Assembly (NCBI GenBank): GCA_023249095.1
Contig: JAHFDK010000011.1
Location: forward strand, 1,165-65,164
Reading direction: 5' to 3'
DNA length: 64,000 bases
Origin: Candidatus Rokuibacteriota bacterium
Lineage (GTDB): Bacteria > Methylomirabilota > Methylomirabilia > Rokubacteriales > CSP1-6
In this document: positions 62,907 through 64,000 of the stretch, in pieces
How the letters are laid out: every line of letters starts with the position of its first letter
Position numbering within the stretch: position 1 is the stretch's first letter
Position numbers and translations under genes: made by a program
Notes under the pieces: generated by a model
The model's database searches: none
The model's input: the letters and a program-made list of their open reading frames with translations, nothing else
What the model was told of the DNA's origin: nothing

Positions 62907-63630
62907 ATGGCGATGGGTTACGGCCTGGTGCGGACCCTGGCTCGATGGGTGCTAGGCCTCTTCTACCGGCGCATCGATCTCGTCGGCCTCGAGAACATTC
63001 CGGAATCCGGGCCGCTGATCGTGGCGGCCAACCACCAGAACGCGCTGGTCGACCCGATGCTCCTGCTGGGGCTGCTCCCGCGCCGGGTTGGTGCTGGTTG
63101 CCAAGGCGCCACTGTTCCGCCACCCGCTCATCGGCCCCTTGCTGCGCCTGGTGGGCGCGTTGCCTGTCCACCGCCGGCAGGAGGGGGGTGTCGACCCCGC
63201 GGAAACCGGGCGATGTTTTCCGCCGCGATCGTCCATCTCGGGGCCGGGCCAAGCGGTGCTGATCTTTCCGGAGGGTGTGCCGGTTGGTCTCGTCTTCCAC
63301 GAGCCCGGAACGTTCCGTCCGGGGCGTGCGTTACTCTCGACCGGTAGCGTGGTCGCCACCGCCGATTGCATCGCCCTCCACGCGATCGTCCCGTCTCCTG
63401 CGTGTCGTCGAGTCCATTTCCCGCGATGAGGCCCCGTGGGACGCCGCGGGCCGGCGGCGCGCACCGCATGGATGCAGGGTGCCATGCGGGCGTATCGCGA
63501 CCTTCGTGAACGCGAGCCCTGGCGCGTCGGGCACTTTCGCGCTGAGGTCGAGCGGTACCGCGCTGCGGGAACGGGTCCGGTCGACTCCTACCGCCCGCGC
63601 CCGTCGTGCCGTCGCTCCGTGATCAGCTAG
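62907..63630 (+). pseudogene. Degraded lysophospholipid/glycerol acyltransferase (PlsC-like) gene
   Basis: NHQNALVDP (HX4D), AKAPLF, LIFPEG and VPVGL motifs are spread over different frames, with shifts near 63087, 63203 and 63248 and internal deletions. Confidence 0.8.
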
Positions 63631-64000
63631 AACATGTCCCGAAGCTCGGGGATGACCCAGAGCGGCTTCCGTCCGGCCGCCACCCTCTGGACGTTGTCGA
63701 ACGCGTTGCGGAACGCCTTCGCCCAGTTCTCCCACGTCGGCCCCGCCGTGTGCGGGGTGATCGTAATGTTCTCGAGGGCGAAGAGTGGGTGGTTCGCCGC
63801 CGGCGGCTCCTCGACCATGACGTCGAGGCCGGCCGCGGCGATCTGGCCCGAGGCCAGCGCGACCTGCAGGGCCGCTTCGTCGACGACGGGCCCCCGGCAG
63901 GTGTTGATCAGGATCGCGCTCCGCTTCATCGTCGCGAACTCGCGAGCGCCCATCATGCCGCGCGTCGCGCCGGTGAGCGGCACGTGCAGGGTGACGACGT
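63627..64000 (-). CDS. D-isomer-specific 2-hydroxyacid dehydrogenase, C-terminal part (5' end outside window)
   Basis: VVTLHVPLT, INTCRGPVVDE, AGLDVMVEEP, TPHTAG. Confidence 0.92.
   Translation of the reverse strand, partial: VVTLHVPLTGATRGMMGAREFATMKRSAILINTCRGPVVDEAALQVALASGQIAAAGLDVMVEEPPAANHPLFALENITITPHTAGPTWENWAKAFRNAFDNVQRVAAGRKPLWVIPELRDMF

Overview
High-GC (roughly 68-70% by eye) bacterial window, densely coding. The gene style is reminiscent of Methylomirabilota/Rokubacteria, but this is inference and was not tested. From left to right: (1) the 3' end of an IS110-family element, whose ~300-nt non-coding tail looks like a bridge/seek RNA, next to a scrambled mosaic of four gene fragments; (2) a minus-strand AfuABC-like (sugar-phosphate/Fe-family) ABC operon with a Cof HAD phosphatase and a Gfo/Idh/MocA oxidoreductase; (3) a thioesterase plus Liv-type aromatic-acid ABC transporter and an MBL hydrolase; (4) a divergent PuuD-like/GGT-like pair, a secreted Pro-rich protein and an MFS transporter; (5) an ftsH-degP-dnaJ-like-clpB proteostasis cluster; (6) back-to-back with it, an ~18-kb, 20-gene respiratory cluster: a CydA-like protein without CydB, three c-type cytochromes (5 CxxCH, one fused to an EbdC-like domain), two cupredoxin-loop proteins, a complete A1-type heme-copper oxidase with CtaA/CtaB, a USP-rubredoxin-PCP_red protein, a radical SAM/SPASM enzyme and an Mrp ATPase lacking its CxxC; (7) mixed housekeeping genes including a UGA-recoded selenoprotein with a clear SECIS hairpin; (8) a histidine kinase / response regulator / cyclase trio, a dppBCDF operon, a degraded acyltransferase gene and a partial 2-hydroxyacid dehydrogenase. 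No rRNA, tRNA or CRISPR array was recognised. The best candidates for new biology are the CydA-like/cytochrome c/aa3 super-operon, the selenoprotein and the IS110 guide RNA. All calls are by eye from motifs, with no database searches.
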